From: Nitrospirota bacterium
Lineage (GTDB): Bacteria; Nitrospirota; Thermodesulfovibrionia; UBA6902
Assembly: GCA_016213945.1 (NCBI GenBank)
Contig: JACQZF010000029.1
Span: 3,981 to 67,980 of the forward strand
Direction: 5' to 3'
Length of the DNA: 64,000 bases
Positions within the stretch are counted from its first letter, which is position 1. Each line of letters starts with the position of its first letter. The translations under genes were made by a program, and so were the position numbers. The notes beneath the pieces were generated by a model, which saw only the letters and a list, made by a program, of their open reading frames with translations, did no database searches and had not been told where the DNA came from. This document shows positions 20,937-30,220 of the stretch, in pieces.

Positions 20937-22358
20937 ATGATAAGAAAAAGATTGGGAGTGTTCTTACTTTTTCTAATTGACATCGCAGCAGTCTTTCTTG
21001 TACTTGAGAGCGCGATGTTTATAAGAAAAAATACCCTGCCGTATTTCGTCCGGTTTCCGGAGTATCCATCAATAGATTTCACATTTTTCTGGTGGATCTT
21101 TCCGGTATGGGTGTTTTTTTTCGCATATGAAGGGTTGTATACGAAAAGGTTCTCATTCTGGGATGAAGTTAAAGTATTGTGGAAGGCGATTTTCTTTTCA
21201 ACGCTCGGGATGTTTACAATTCTCTACTTAGGCAAGTTTGGAGCGCAGGTGTCGAGGACCACTGTAGTATTAATGGGCATCATCTCATTCCCTGTCCTGC
21301 CTGTTATCCGGATTAACGCCAAGAGGCTTTTAATAAATACCGGGTTGCTTAAAAGTAAAGTCCTTGTTCTCGGCGCCGGAAAAACAGGCAGACTCATTGC
21401 AAAGGCATTAAAGAGAGATGTAAACCTCGGTCTCAATGTCGTCGGCTTTCTTGATGACGACCCGGAGAAGGTTGGCAAGAAACTGGAAGGGATAAAGATA
21501 CACGGAGGGGTTGATAAGGCTCAGAAGTATATCGGCAGGTGCGGGATAGAGGATGTTGTCATCGCAATGCCTGGTTTCGATAAAGTGAAAACCATATCGT
21601 TAATCAACAAGTTGCAGCACAAGACCCAGAATATCCTGCTTATCCCCGACCTGTTCGGGATAACCGTACTCGGTACAAATCTTCAGCACTTTTTTCAGGA
21701 ACAGGCTATCGGGCTTGAGGTCAAGAACAATCTTGCGCAACCGGTAAATGTCTTCATAAAAAAGCTATTCGATATAGCTGCCAGTATTATATTTTTAATT
21801 ATCCTCGCATTACCGATGTTGTTAATCTTTATTCTCATTAGGACTACCTCGAATGGACCTGCAATATTTTCACAGGAGCGAAGGGGTAAAAACAACGTCC
21901 CTTTCAGGTGTTTCAAATTCAGGACCATGTATAATGATGCAGAAGAGAGACTTGAGGCACTGTTAGAAAGCAATCAAAAGGCTCAAAGTGAGTGGAAAAA
22001 CAATTGGAAACTCAGGGATGATCCGAGGGTGACCAGGATCGGCAGGTTTTTAAGGAAGACTTCTCTTGATGAACTGCCGCAGATATTTAATGTCTTAAAA
22101 GGCGATATGAGCCTTGTAGGTCCAAGGCCGGTCACAAAGGCGGAAATAGATGAATACTATAAGGACGCAGCAAAACTATGTTTCTGTGTACCCCCAGGCC
22201 TTACTGGCTTATGGCAGGTGAGCGGCAGGAGCAATACTGATTATGATTACAGGATTACTCTTGATTCGTGGTATGTCAGGAATTGGAATTTATGGCTGGA
22301 TATTGTTATCCTATTCAAAACTGTGAGGGTGGTGTTTAAGATGGAAGGGGCAGTTTAG
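20937..22358 (+). CDS. wbaP: Undecaprenyl-phosphate hexose-1-phosphate transferase (WbaP-type)
   Basis: TM N-terminus, VLVLGAG..GFLDDD, KFRTM, DDPRVT, SLDELPQ, PGLTGLWQVSGR. Confidence 0.88.
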   Translation: MIRKRLGVFLLFLIDIAAVFLVLESAMFIRKNTLPYFVRFPEYPSIDFTFFWWIFPVWVFFFAYEGLYTKRFSFWDEVKVLWKAIFFSTLGMFTILYLGKFGAQVSRTTVVLMGIISFPVLPVIRINAKRLLINTGLLKSKVLVLGAGKTGRLIAKALKRDVNLGLNVVGFLDDDPEKVGKKLEGIKIHGGVDKAQKYIGRCGIEDVVIAMPGFDKVKTISLINKLQHKTQNILLIPDLFGITVLGTNLQHFFQEQAIGLEVKNNLAQPVNVFIKKLFDIAASIIFLIILALPMLLIFILIRTTSNGPAIFSQERRGKNNVPFRCFKFRTMYNDAEERLEALLESNQKAQSEWKNNWKLRDDPRVTRIGRFLRKTSLDELPQIFNVLKGDMSLVGPRPVTKAEIDEYYKDAAKLCFCVPPGLTGLWQVSGRSNTDYDYRITLDSWYVRNWNLWLDIVILFKTVRVVFKMEGAV

Positions 22359-22393
22359 GGTTAGAAGTCTAATTAGAGTAACAGGAGGAGAAT

Positions 22394-22552
22394 ATGGAAA
22401 AATGGAAATGTTCAATTTGTGGTTATGTATATGATCCGGAGGCAGGAGACCCTGATGGAAATGTCCCGCCTAACACACCCTTTGAAAAAATCCCTGATAA
22501 TTGGGTATGTCCTGTCTGCGGGGCAACAAAAGATCAGTTTGAAAAGGTTTAG
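22394..22552 (+). CDS. Rubredoxin (52 aa; not in ORF track)
   Basis: [52 protein letters not shown]; GGAGG RBS. Confidence 0.96.
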   Translation: MEKWKCSICGYVYDPEAGDPDGNVPPNTPFEKIPDNWVCPVCGATKDQFEKV

Positions 22553-22560
22553 CACAGTTT

Positions 22561-22620
22561 CGTGATGCGTAACGCGTAATGAGTGAAAAGAATAACTCAC
22601 AACGCATTACTCATGACGCG
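22561..22620. repeat. GTAACGC/GTGACG-type tandem-palindromic repeat
   Basis: cgtgatgcgtaacgcgtaatgagt...actcacaacgcattactcatgacgcg; related copy at 33763-33839. Confidence 0.7.
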
Positions 22621-22636
22621 TTCGAGACGGATTGCC

Positions 22637-22816
22637 TTATTCAATATTGAATACCGCCACTTCCTTTATTCCAGGCAGGTATTCACCTACAGGCACAAGT
22701 TTCTTTCCATCGCTGACGCAGCCGATGATTATCGTCCATAATTGATTAAGCTCTGCCTTTTCCCTGTCATTCTCCGGAATCATTTTAAGAAGTGAGCCGT
22801 CAAGTTCTATTTTCAT
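22637..22816 (-). CDS. Small hypothetical protein (59 aa; not in ORF track)
   Basis: MKIELDGSLLKMIPENDREKAELNQLWTIIIGCVSDGKKLVPVGEYLPGIKEVAVFNIE; GGAGG RBS. Confidence 0.75.
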   Translation of the reverse strand: MKIELDGSLLKMIPENDREKAELNQLWTIIIGCVSDGKKLVPVGEYLPGIKEVAVFNIE

Positions 22817-22944
22817 TATTAATAGCCTCCTTTACTACTTAAATTTATCAGGGTCTACCACAAACCATACATTTCCGACTTTATTGCCGAGTGTGTCTCC
22901 GGGTTTTCGGCTGATACCATTTCACTTCAAATAATTCCTGATAC

Positions 22945-22982
22945 AAAAAAAGAGGGATAAAAGCGTCAGGACTTTTATCCCT
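22945..22982 (-). terminator. Rho-independent terminator
   Basis: 11-bp stem agggataaaag/cttttatccct followed by a T tract on the minus strand. Confidence 0.8.
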
Positions 22983-23022
22983 TTATGACATCTAAGCATC
23001 TTTCTGTTTCCTCCTCAAGGTG

Positions 23023-23196
23023 TTATTCATTGTGGACGCGTTTCTTCCAACTGTCCAGATAGTCTTTTGTAAGTCTCTTTATCCCGTGATGGGTTTTCGC
23101 ATGGGCTGCCGTCTTCTTTAAAACGTCGTCAACCGTCTTGCCTTTAGCTACAAAGTCACATTCAACACCTACGTCTTTGCATCCGAGTACCTTCAT
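23023..23196 (-). CDS. DUF1059-like small metal-binding protein (57 aa; not in ORF track)
   Basis: MKVLGCKDVGVECDFVAKGKTVDDVLKKTAAHAKTHHG...; CxDxGxxC and HxxxxH pattern; AAGGAGG RBS. Confidence 0.85.
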   Translation of the reverse strand: MKVLGCKDVGVECDFVAKGKTVDDVLKKTAAHAKTHHGIKRLTKDYLDSWKKRVHNE

Positions 23197-23251
23197 ATCA
23201 CCACCTCCTTCAACTCACTCTCTAATTAAATTATAGCAGACAATAAACAGA

Positions 23252-24223
23252 TTACAACTGCCTCGTAAACTCCTCTTCCGCCTCTTTTATCAGCGCTTCC
23301 GGCTCATCAATGTATCTGGGTGAAAAGTGAACAGGCTCTATCCTTCCTACACCTGCATCCCTTGCAATGCTTCCAGCCATTTTTGCAGTAAGATGGCAGC
23401 GCTCTTTTGCCCTGTCTTTGTCCTTATCCATAAAAAAAGTTTCTATATAAAGGACATCCGAGCCTTTTACAAGTTCAATAATTTTCCTGATATTTTCTTT
23501 GCTGCCCAGTGCATCCACAACATAGGATATCTTCTGCCCTTTTGTAATGTTTGCAATTTCCCGAAGTTCCGCAAAGGTGCGGGACTTGCCTTTAATTGAA
23601 AATACACTGTCTGTCAGCCCTTCTCTTATTGCCTTTTTGAATTCTCCAAGCCATGGGCCTACAGGGAGGTTCATTTTATCCAGCTTATCTTTGTCAATAT
23701 TTATATGGAAGTCTTCATCAAGGCTGAAGGCAAGGCACTGGACCTGATGATCAAGGATTGCAGCAGAAACCCTGAAAAAGGATCCCTTCATTATAGTACT
23801 GTCAGATAATTCAGCCTCTGACTCCTCACGTTTAAAATAGTTCTGCGCCTTGAAGGATGCCCTTTTAATAAACTTGTCCGTCACCTCAGAAACTTCGAGC
23901 ACAAGCGGGTAGTCCCCGATAAGATTCCACGTATAACTTCTCAATTTGCCCTCAATGCGGTCGGTAAAGCCTTCGGGGCCGTAAAATCTTAGAGGGGTTT
24001 CTTTTTTCAGACTGACCCTGAGAATGTTATCGAAACCGATGAAGTGGTCAATGTGAGTATGAGAAATAAAGATATCGGTGGTCTTGAGAATGTCCCTTGC
24101 CGAAAGGTTGACAGTGAATCCAGCGTCAAACATCAGCGCCATGCCTTCCCTAACTATCCTCACGTAAAGACAAGGGTCATCAAAGGGACCGTTGAGAAGC
24201 CTTGCATGGAAAGAGGGTTTCAT
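23252..24223 (-). CDS. RNase Z-like metallo-beta-lactamase
   Basis: NGPFDDP, ISHTHIDHFIG, HLTA, HFSPRY. Confidence 0.85.
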   Translation of the reverse strand: MKPSFHARLLNGPFDDPCLYVRIVREGMALMFDAGFTVNLSARDILKTTDIFISHTHIDHFIGFDNILRVSLKKETPLRFYGPEGFTDRIEGKLRSYTWNLIGDYPLVLEVSEVTDKFIKRASFKAQNYFKREESEAELSDSTIMKGSFFRVSAAILDHQVQCLAFSLDEDFHINIDKDKLDKMNLPVGPWLGEFKKAIREGLTDSVFSIKGKSRTFAELREIANITKGQKISYVVDALGSKENIRKIIELVKGSDVLYIETFFMDKDKDRAKERCHLTAKMAGSIARDAGVGRIEPVHFSPRYIDEPEALIKEAEEEFTRQL

Positions 24224-24381
24224 ATTTAAAATAATAGCTTAATTAGTGATATAATAACACTTGTCATTGATTGTTAATCATTTTTTAGGCCGGCAGCTAA
24301 ATATCTGCCATAGAATTGCCGATTTAGTATTGAGTAGTACAGAGGGACACATTTAATTTCTATTAATGGATGGAGGATTGA

Positions 24382-25374
24382 ATGCCTGAGTTAAGAAAGG
24401 ACCCGGTATCCGGCAGATGGGTTATTATTTCAGTTGAAAGGGGCAAGCGCCCTACTGATTTCGGAATGAGGACCCTCACGAAAAAAGGGGGCTTCTGCGC
24501 CTTCTGCGAGGGTAACGAGCGTACAACACCTGTAGAAATTTTAGCCTTCAGACCGGATGGCAGCAAACCTAATACACCCGGGTGGACTCTCAGGGTTGTT
24601 CCGAATAAATTCCCCGCCCTGCACATTGAGGGCAACTTAAACAGGGCCGGCGAAGGCATATTTGACAAGATGAACGGCATCGGCGCGCATGAGGTAATTG
24701 TAGAAACCCCCAATCACAGCCTGACGCTATCAACCATGCCACTGAAATCAATTGAGGATGCCCTCTGGGCATTTCATCACCGGATCACAGACCTTAAAAG
24801 GGACCCGCGTTTTAAATATGTGCTCGTTTTTAAAAATGAAGGCGAGGAGGCAGGCGCTTCGCTTGAACACACACATTCTCAACTGATAGCCCTCCCCATT
24901 GTCCCGCACCTGGTAGAGGAAGAAATTGAACAGGCAAAGCAATATTACAGCTATAAAGAGCGCTGCATTTTCTGCGACATAATGCGTCAGGAGCTAAACA
25001 GCAAGGCACGCGTCATCTCAGAGAATGACGATTTCATTGCGCTTGCGCCGTTTGCGCCACGTTCGCCGTTTGAGACAATGATATTGCCCAGGAAGCATGA
25101 ATCCAGTTTTATGCCTGACGGCAAGTTCACCCTTCTGGCGCAGATCCTTCAAAAAACGCTGAAGCAGATTGACAAGGTGCTTGAGATGCCGCCGTATAAT
25201 CTGATGATCCACACATCGCCGTTTAAAATCGAGACGAATGAATATTACCACTGGCATATAGAAATAATACCCAAACTCACAAAGATTGCAGGTTTTGAAT
25301 GGGGGTCGGGGTTTTATATTAACCCCATGCCGCCTGAAGACGCCGCGAAATTCATGAGAGAAGCGGAGATATAG
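24382..25374 (+). CDS. galT: Galactose-1-phosphate uridylyltransferase family
   Basis: MPELRKDP, CAFCEGNE, NKFPAL, AGASLEHTHSQ (HxHxQ), AGFEWGSG. Confidence 0.92.
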   Translation: MPELRKDPVSGRWVIISVERGKRPTDFGMRTLTKKGGFCAFCEGNERTTPVEILAFRPDGSKPNTPGWTLRVVPNKFPALHIEGNLNRAGEGIFDKMNGIGAHEVIVETPNHSLTLSTMPLKSIEDALWAFHHRITDLKRDPRFKYVLVFKNEGEEAGASLEHTHSQLIALPIVPHLVEEEIEQAKQYYSYKERCIFCDIMRQELNSKARVISENDDFIALAPFAPRSPFETMILPRKHESSFMPDGKFTLLAQILQKTLKQIDKVLEMPPYNLMIHTSPFKIETNEYYHWHIEIIPKLTKIAGFEWGSGFYINPMPPEDAAKFMREAEI

Positions 25375-25407
25375 CTATTAGCTATTAGCTGATAGCCATT
25401 AGCTTAA

Positions 25408-28400
25408 ATGGCTGAAATAGCGGAAAACAAACAGCACAGCACAAAATCCCCTGATGTGGAAGTTTTAATCAGAGTCGCCCAGATTGCGAGTTCAGCTCTT
25501 GAACTCAGAGAGATTCTTGACACAATCTCGCATGTCATAGTAGATACCCTCGGTAAGGATTTGTGTTCCATCTGTCTTTTAAAACCTGAAAAAAAGGTCA
25601 TCTGCATTGAATCCGCAAAAGGCAGCACCAAGGAATCCGTTGTTGCCTTCTGCATTAAGAACCAGGACGGCATTATTAATAAACTGTTTAATGAGGCGCA
25701 GCCGATTGCTATAGACGACATCAGAAAAGAGCCCGATGTAAAGGCGATCCTCAATCCCGAGACAGAAGATATGCTGTCTCTTCTGGCAATCCCGATAGTA
25801 AAAGACACTACGGTTACCGGGATCCTCATGGTCCAGACCAGGCAGCCTCATGTTTACAGCGATGATGAAATCAACATTTTCACCATTATCTCACACAGCG
25901 TCAGCGCCGCCATCCGGAATGCGGAGCTTTACAGGAGTGTTAAATCCCAGCTTGATGAACTAAAGGTGATACACGAAGTCGGCAAGGCGATAACCTCCAT
26001 CCTGAACATCGATGAACTCCTTCCGTATATTTGCGAAGAGATATCGAAAGTCTTTAATGTAACCGGCTGCATTCTCAGACTCCTTGAAGGAGAGAACCTT
26101 CAGATAAAAGCCTCCTACGGGGTGTCTGATCTGATCAAGCAAAAGATGGCGCTTCGCATCGGTGAAGGCGTAGCAGGCCATGTCGCGCTTACAGGCGAGC
26201 CGCTTGTTATCGACGACGTATCCACTATGCCTGAAAATTTGCACGTGCCCGAGATCCAGGCAACCTCCGTACTCTGCGTCCCGCTCACTATAGGAGAGAA
26301 TGTAATCGGCACCCTTGGGCTCTACGACAAAAAGGACGAGTGGGGAATTACAACATTCACAAAGGATGATGTAAATACACTTATGACATTCGCATCCGCC
26401 TCATCCATTGCAATAGAAAACGCAAGGCTCTACAGGGCCGAGATTGAAAAAGAAAAAGAAGTGACCCAGACAAAAGATTACCTGAAAGGCCTTATTGATA
26501 ACTCCGCTGACGCTATTATCACATCGGATTTAGACGGGGTAGTCACCTCCTGGAATAAAGGGGCCGAGATAATTTACGGATTTAAACAGGACGAGGCAAT
26601 AAACACTTTTCTGCCGATGATCCCGCCGTTTCTGGTAGAAGAAGAAAAGGCGTTTATGGAAAAAATTCATCAGAAAGAGACCTTAAGAAATATAGAAACA
26701 ATAAGGCAGACAAAAAACGGCAGGCTTATTGAAGTAAGCCTTACACTTTCGCCGATACTGGACCCGTCAGGGAATGTTACCGGTATAAGCGGCATATCCA
26801 GGGACATCTCCGAAAAGAAGATGGTCGAAAAAGAGCTGATCAGGAAGAACCAGGAGCTGTCCAGATTATTTTTTATAAATTCCGTTGTAAGAAGCACGCT
26901 TGAATTAGACAAACTTCTCAAGATGGTTCTTACAGTAGTTACAATGGGCGACGGACTCGGGTTTAACAGGGCCATACTTTTTCTCGTTGACGAATCCCGG
27001 ACTGAGCTTCACGGAATGATGGGGGTGGGACCGGGAGGGCCTGATGAAGCAAGAGAGATATGGCTTTCCATGGAAGGCAAAAGTCTTGGAGCTATTATAG
27101 AAGATATTGAAAAAGGCCCCATATATCTCGACTCATATCTGGATAAACTGAGCCAGAACTTGACCATACCTCTTGACTCGGATTGTATCCTTACCCGCTG
27201 TATTCAGGAGAAGAGGCCGTTCAATGTTCAGAACGCAAAATTGGAACCGCTCGTAACACCATACCTTATCCAGATGACCGGCGCTCCGGCGTTCGGCATC
27301 GTGCCTCTTATATCAAGAGACAAGGTGATTGGCGTAATCTGGGTTGATAATCTTTTCACCGGGAAACCCATTAAAGATGAAGACCTGCAGTTCCTGATGG
27401 GATTTTCAAGCCATATTGCCTCAGCCATCGAAAATGCGAGACTTTTTGAAAACGTGTCCCTTGCAAGGTCGGAGCTTAAAAATATTTTCGAATCAATATC
27501 AGACATGGTCTATTTTACGGACAACGATTTCAACATAAAGCGCATAAACCAGGCTGTGATCAACAGGATCGGGAAACCGGAACAAGAGATCATAGGAAAG
27601 AAATGCTACGAAATATTTCACGGCAAAGACAAACCCTGGGAGGCCTGCCCTCATTCAAAATCCGTAAGTCTGAAAAAATCCTTTGTGGGAGAGCTGGAAG
27701 ACCCGTATCTCGGGGCCACATTTGTTGTTTCAAACTCGCCTATCTTTGATTCAGCAGGGAATTTTGTTGGAACAGTCCATCTGTCACGCGATATAACGGA
27801 GCTCCGCACTTTGAGAGAACGGGTGACCCATTCCGAAAGAATGGCGGCCCTCGGAGAGCTGGCCGCGAGGGTAGCTCATGAGATAAGAAACCCGCTTATT
27901 TCCGTTGGCGGTTTTGCCAGAAGGCTGGAGAAAAAACTTTCTGGCGACACACAGGAATATGCAAAGATCATCGTCAATGAAGTAGCACGGCTCGAAAATA
28001 TCCTGAAAGAAATCTTAGGCTTTGTAAAAAGCTCACGGGTAAACAAGGTCAATGTGAATATTAATGAACTGGTAAACGGCATCGTGGATTTTATCTCTCC
28101 TGAAATACACGAAAAAGCAAACATAATAATAAGGGAAATATCAGAGACCCCGATAATAACAGCCGTAGACCCTGACAGGATAAAAGAGGCCCTCCTGAAC
28201 ATTATTACAAATGCCTCTCAGGCAACTGACCACGGAACGATTACCATTAGAACAAGACGCGAAGATAAAGAGGCCATTATTGAGATGATGGATAACGGCT
28301 GTGGTATAAGGGCTGATGACCTTAAAAGTATTTTCAACCCGTTCTTTACGACAAAACCTCACGGGACAGGCCTCGGCCTTGCAGTGACCCACAAGATCAT

Positions 28401-28500
28401 TCAGGAGCATAACGGCAAGATCAAGGTCGAAAGCATATGGGGCGGCGGCACCGCTTTCAAAATATATCTGCCGGTTGAAGAAAAAGATGATAAAAAATAA
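25408..28500 (+). CDS. Cytoplasmic GAF-GAF-PAS-GAF-PAS histidine kinase
   Basis: Three GAF-closing AI(E/R)NA motifs, two PAS regions, AHEIRNPL H-box, NIITNA, DNGCG, PFFTTK, GTGLGL. Confidence 0.93.
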   Translation: MAEIAENKQHSTKSPDVEVLIRVAQIASSALELREILDTISHVIVDTLGKDLCSICLLKPEKKVICIESAKGSTKESVVAFCIKNQDGIINKLFNEAQPIAIDDIRKEPDVKAILNPETEDMLSLLAIPIVKDTTVTGILMVQTRQPHVYSDDEINIFTIISHSVSAAIRNAELYRSVKSQLDELKVIHEVGKAITSILNIDELLPYICEEISKVFNVTGCILRLLEGENLQIKASYGVSDLIKQKMALRIGEGVAGHVALTGEPLVIDDVSTMPENLHVPEIQATSVLCVPLTIGENVIGTLGLYDKKDEWGITTFTKDDVNTLMTFASASSIAIENARLYRAEIEKEKEVTQTKDYLKGLIDNSADAIITSDLDGVVTSWNKGAEIIYGFKQDEAINTFLPMIPPFLVEEEKAFMEKIHQKETLRNIETIRQTKNGRLIEVSLTLSPILDPSGNVTGISGISRDISEKKMVEKELIRKNQELSRLFFINSVVRSTLELDKLLKMVLTVVTMGDGLGFNRAILFLVDESRTELHGMMGVGPGGPDEAREIWLSMEGKSLGAIIEDIEKGPIYLDSYLDKLSQNLTIPLDSDCILTRCIQEKRPFNVQNAKLEPLVTPYLIQMTGAPAFGIVPLISRDKVIGVIWVDNLFTGKPIKDEDLQFLMGFSSHIASAIENARLFENVSLARSELKNIFESISDMVYFTDNDFNIKRINQAVINRIGKPEQEIIGKKCYEIFHGKDKPWEACPHSKSVSLKKSFVGELEDPYLGATFVVSNSPIFDSAGNFVGTVHLSRDITELRTLRERVTHSERMAALGELAARVAHEIRNPLISVGGFARRLEKKLSGDTQEYAKIIVNEVARLENILKEILGFVKSSRVNKVNVNINELVNGIVDFISPEIHEKANIIIREISETPIITAVDPDRIKEALLNIITNASQATDHGTITIRTRREDKEAIIEMMDNGCGIRADDLKSIFNPFFTTKPHGTGLGLAVTHKIIQEHNGKIKVESIWGGGTAFKIYLPVEEKDDKK

Positions 28501-28587
28501 GCGATTAACAATTGTGCTATACTTCAAAATAAAAGTATCGGAAACCTTGGCAAATAAAAAACACCAAACAAGAAAGGGGGAAGCTAT

Positions 28588-28935
28588 ATGAGGCTTCTTG
28601 TAGTTGATGACGATTTAAATATACAACGTCTTTATAAGGAAGAATTGGAGGAAGAAGGATACGAGGTAGTCATTGCAAGCACCGGGAAAGAAGCCCTGGA
28701 GATTTTCGCAAAAGAGAACTTTGACGTAGTAACGCTTGATATACTCATGCCCGATATTGACGGGATAAGCCTCCTGCGGAAGATGAAGGAACAGCGCCCG
28801 GCCATCCCTATTATAATGTCAACTGCTTATGATTACAGGGACGACTTCGCAGTATGGGCGTCTGAGGCATACATTGTGAAATCATCCGACCTCAGTGAAT
28901 TAAAGAGCACTATTAAAAAGCTTATGACCGCGTAA
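28588..28935 (+). CDS. Single-domain response regulator
   Basis: LVVDDD, LDILMP..DG, TAY, YIVKS. Confidence 0.93.
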   Translation: MRLLVVDDDLNIQRLYKEELEEEGYEVVIASTGKEALEIFAKENFDVVTLDILMPDIDGISLLRKMKEQRPAIPIIMSTAYDYRDDFAVWASEAYIVKSSDLSELKSTIKKLMTA

Positions 28936-29141
28936 TTCTAAACCGCTGTAACCTTTTAAAAGTGGTTCCATTCTTTTTCTATCACTGCAGGACGCGGGAT
29001 TTTAAAAAATCTTCAGGCCTGCATCTTATTTTTCGCTTTGAAAGAAAATTTGAATGTCTGGAAAGGTTTACAAAATAAGCAGCTATTGGGTAATATTCAA
29101 TGGTAGCTGATAGCAGGTAGCTGTCAGTTGATAACTATTTT

Positions 29142-29234
29142 GGAGAGGTGGCCGAGCCGGTCGAAGGCAGCCGCCTGCTAAGCGGTTGTGGGGGTAACAC
29201 CTCACCCAGGGTTCGAATCCCTGCCTCTCCGCCA
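29142..29234 (+). tRNA. tRNA-Ser(GCT)
   Basis: GGAGAGG/CCTCTCC acceptor stem, anticodon arm gccgc-ctGCTaa-gcggt, long variable arm, GTTCGAATCC, encoded CCA. Confidence 0.97.
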
Positions 29235-29264
29235 TTAACCTTAACTTTTAGCAGGAGGACTTGA

Positions 29265-29570
29265 ATGCAGGAGAACAAACTTTATGTAGGGAATCTCAGC
29301 TACTCTGTAACCAATGATCAACTGGCAAAATTATTTGCCGATTACGGAGAGGTTAAACAGGTAAATATAATTGAAGGCAAAGGCTTTGGATTTGTTGAAA
29401 TGTCAAACGACTCAGAGGCAGATAAAGCGCGCGAGGCCTTAAACGGGACCGATTTTAACGGAAGGGCCCTGAAGGTTGATAAAGCCCGCCCTCCAAAAAG
29501 CACTGGACCAAGAAGAGACTTCCCAAGAAGAGACAGCAGGGACAGGGATGACAGAAGGGGGAGATTTTAA
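29265..29570 (+). CDS. RRM RNA-binding protein
   Basis: RNP2 LYVGNL, RNP1 KGFGFVEM, Arg/Asp-rich tail. Confidence 0.93.
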   Translation: MQENKLYVGNLSYSVTNDQLAKLFADYGEVKQVNIIEGKGFGFVEMSNDSEADKAREALNGTDFNGRALKVDKARPPKSTGPRRDFPRRDSRDRDDRRGRF

Positions 29571-30134
29571 ATGAAAAAAACATTCTTGATAATATTAGCA
29601 GCCGTCGTACTATTTTCATTCTTGTCATGCAAGAGGAAAGAGGAGCAGAAACCCGTGCCTCAACAAAGCACTTCCGCCCCAAGAGGGCCGATTGTGGACT
29701 CTCCACTGACCCCTCCGCCCGGCCATGGCACGCCTGGACAGGGACAAAAGGTTGAGTTCCAGGTGGTCGTTCCTCCTGAGGTGAGCGCTAAATGGTCTGG
29801 GGTAAAATTCATTGTTGAAGACCGGAAGGAGAATAAGAAGCTGGAACTTACCGCACCCGTTGGCAGTGAGTTAAAAATTCCCGACTCAAACCTGGTTGTC
29901 AAGGTAGGCCCCTTTCTCCCAGACTTCAAGATGAACGGCCCGGTTATTACTTCGGCTTCTAACGAGATGACCAATCCCGCAGTTGGCGTGACGGTCCTTG
30001 AAAACGGCTCCCAGATATTTCCGGCGCCGGGAGGGACCGCAAAGTGGGGATGGCTTTATCAGAAATTCCCGGCAGTTCACGCTTTTCAGCATGAGCGCTT
30101 TGCCCTGGCTTTGAAAGAAGGGATACAGAAATAA
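29571..30134 (+). CDS. Lipoprotein, DUF2155-like
   Basis: Signal peptide with lipobox FLSC, Pro-rich linker, FLPDF.M...ITS.SN...NPA, GWLY.KFP. Confidence 0.6.
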   Translation: MKKTFLIILAAVVLFSFLSCKRKEEQKPVPQQSTSAPRGPIVDSPLTPPPGHGTPGQGQKVEFQVVVPPEVSAKWSGVKFIVEDRKENKKLELTAPVGSELKIPDSNLVVKVGPFLPDFKMNGPVITSASNEMTNPAVGVTVLENGSQIFPAPGGTAKWGWLYQKFPAVHAFQHERFALALKEGIQK

Positions 30135-30140
30135 GACGAT

Positions 30141-30217
30141 GCGCCCATAGCTCAATTGGATAGAGTGCCGGACTACGAATCCGTAGGTTGCAGGTTCGAC
30201 TCCTGCTGGGCGCGCCA
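30141..30217 (+). tRNA. tRNA-Arg(ACG)
   Basis: GCGCCCA/TGGGCGC acceptor stem, TAGCTCAATTGGATAGAG D-arm, ctACGaa loop, GTTCGACTCC, encoded CCA. Confidence 0.96.
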
Positions 30218-30220
30218 GTT

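Noticed and set aside
29142-30217. tRNA-anchored integrative element
   Set aside because: No integrase and no duplicated tRNA 3' end were seen in the window.
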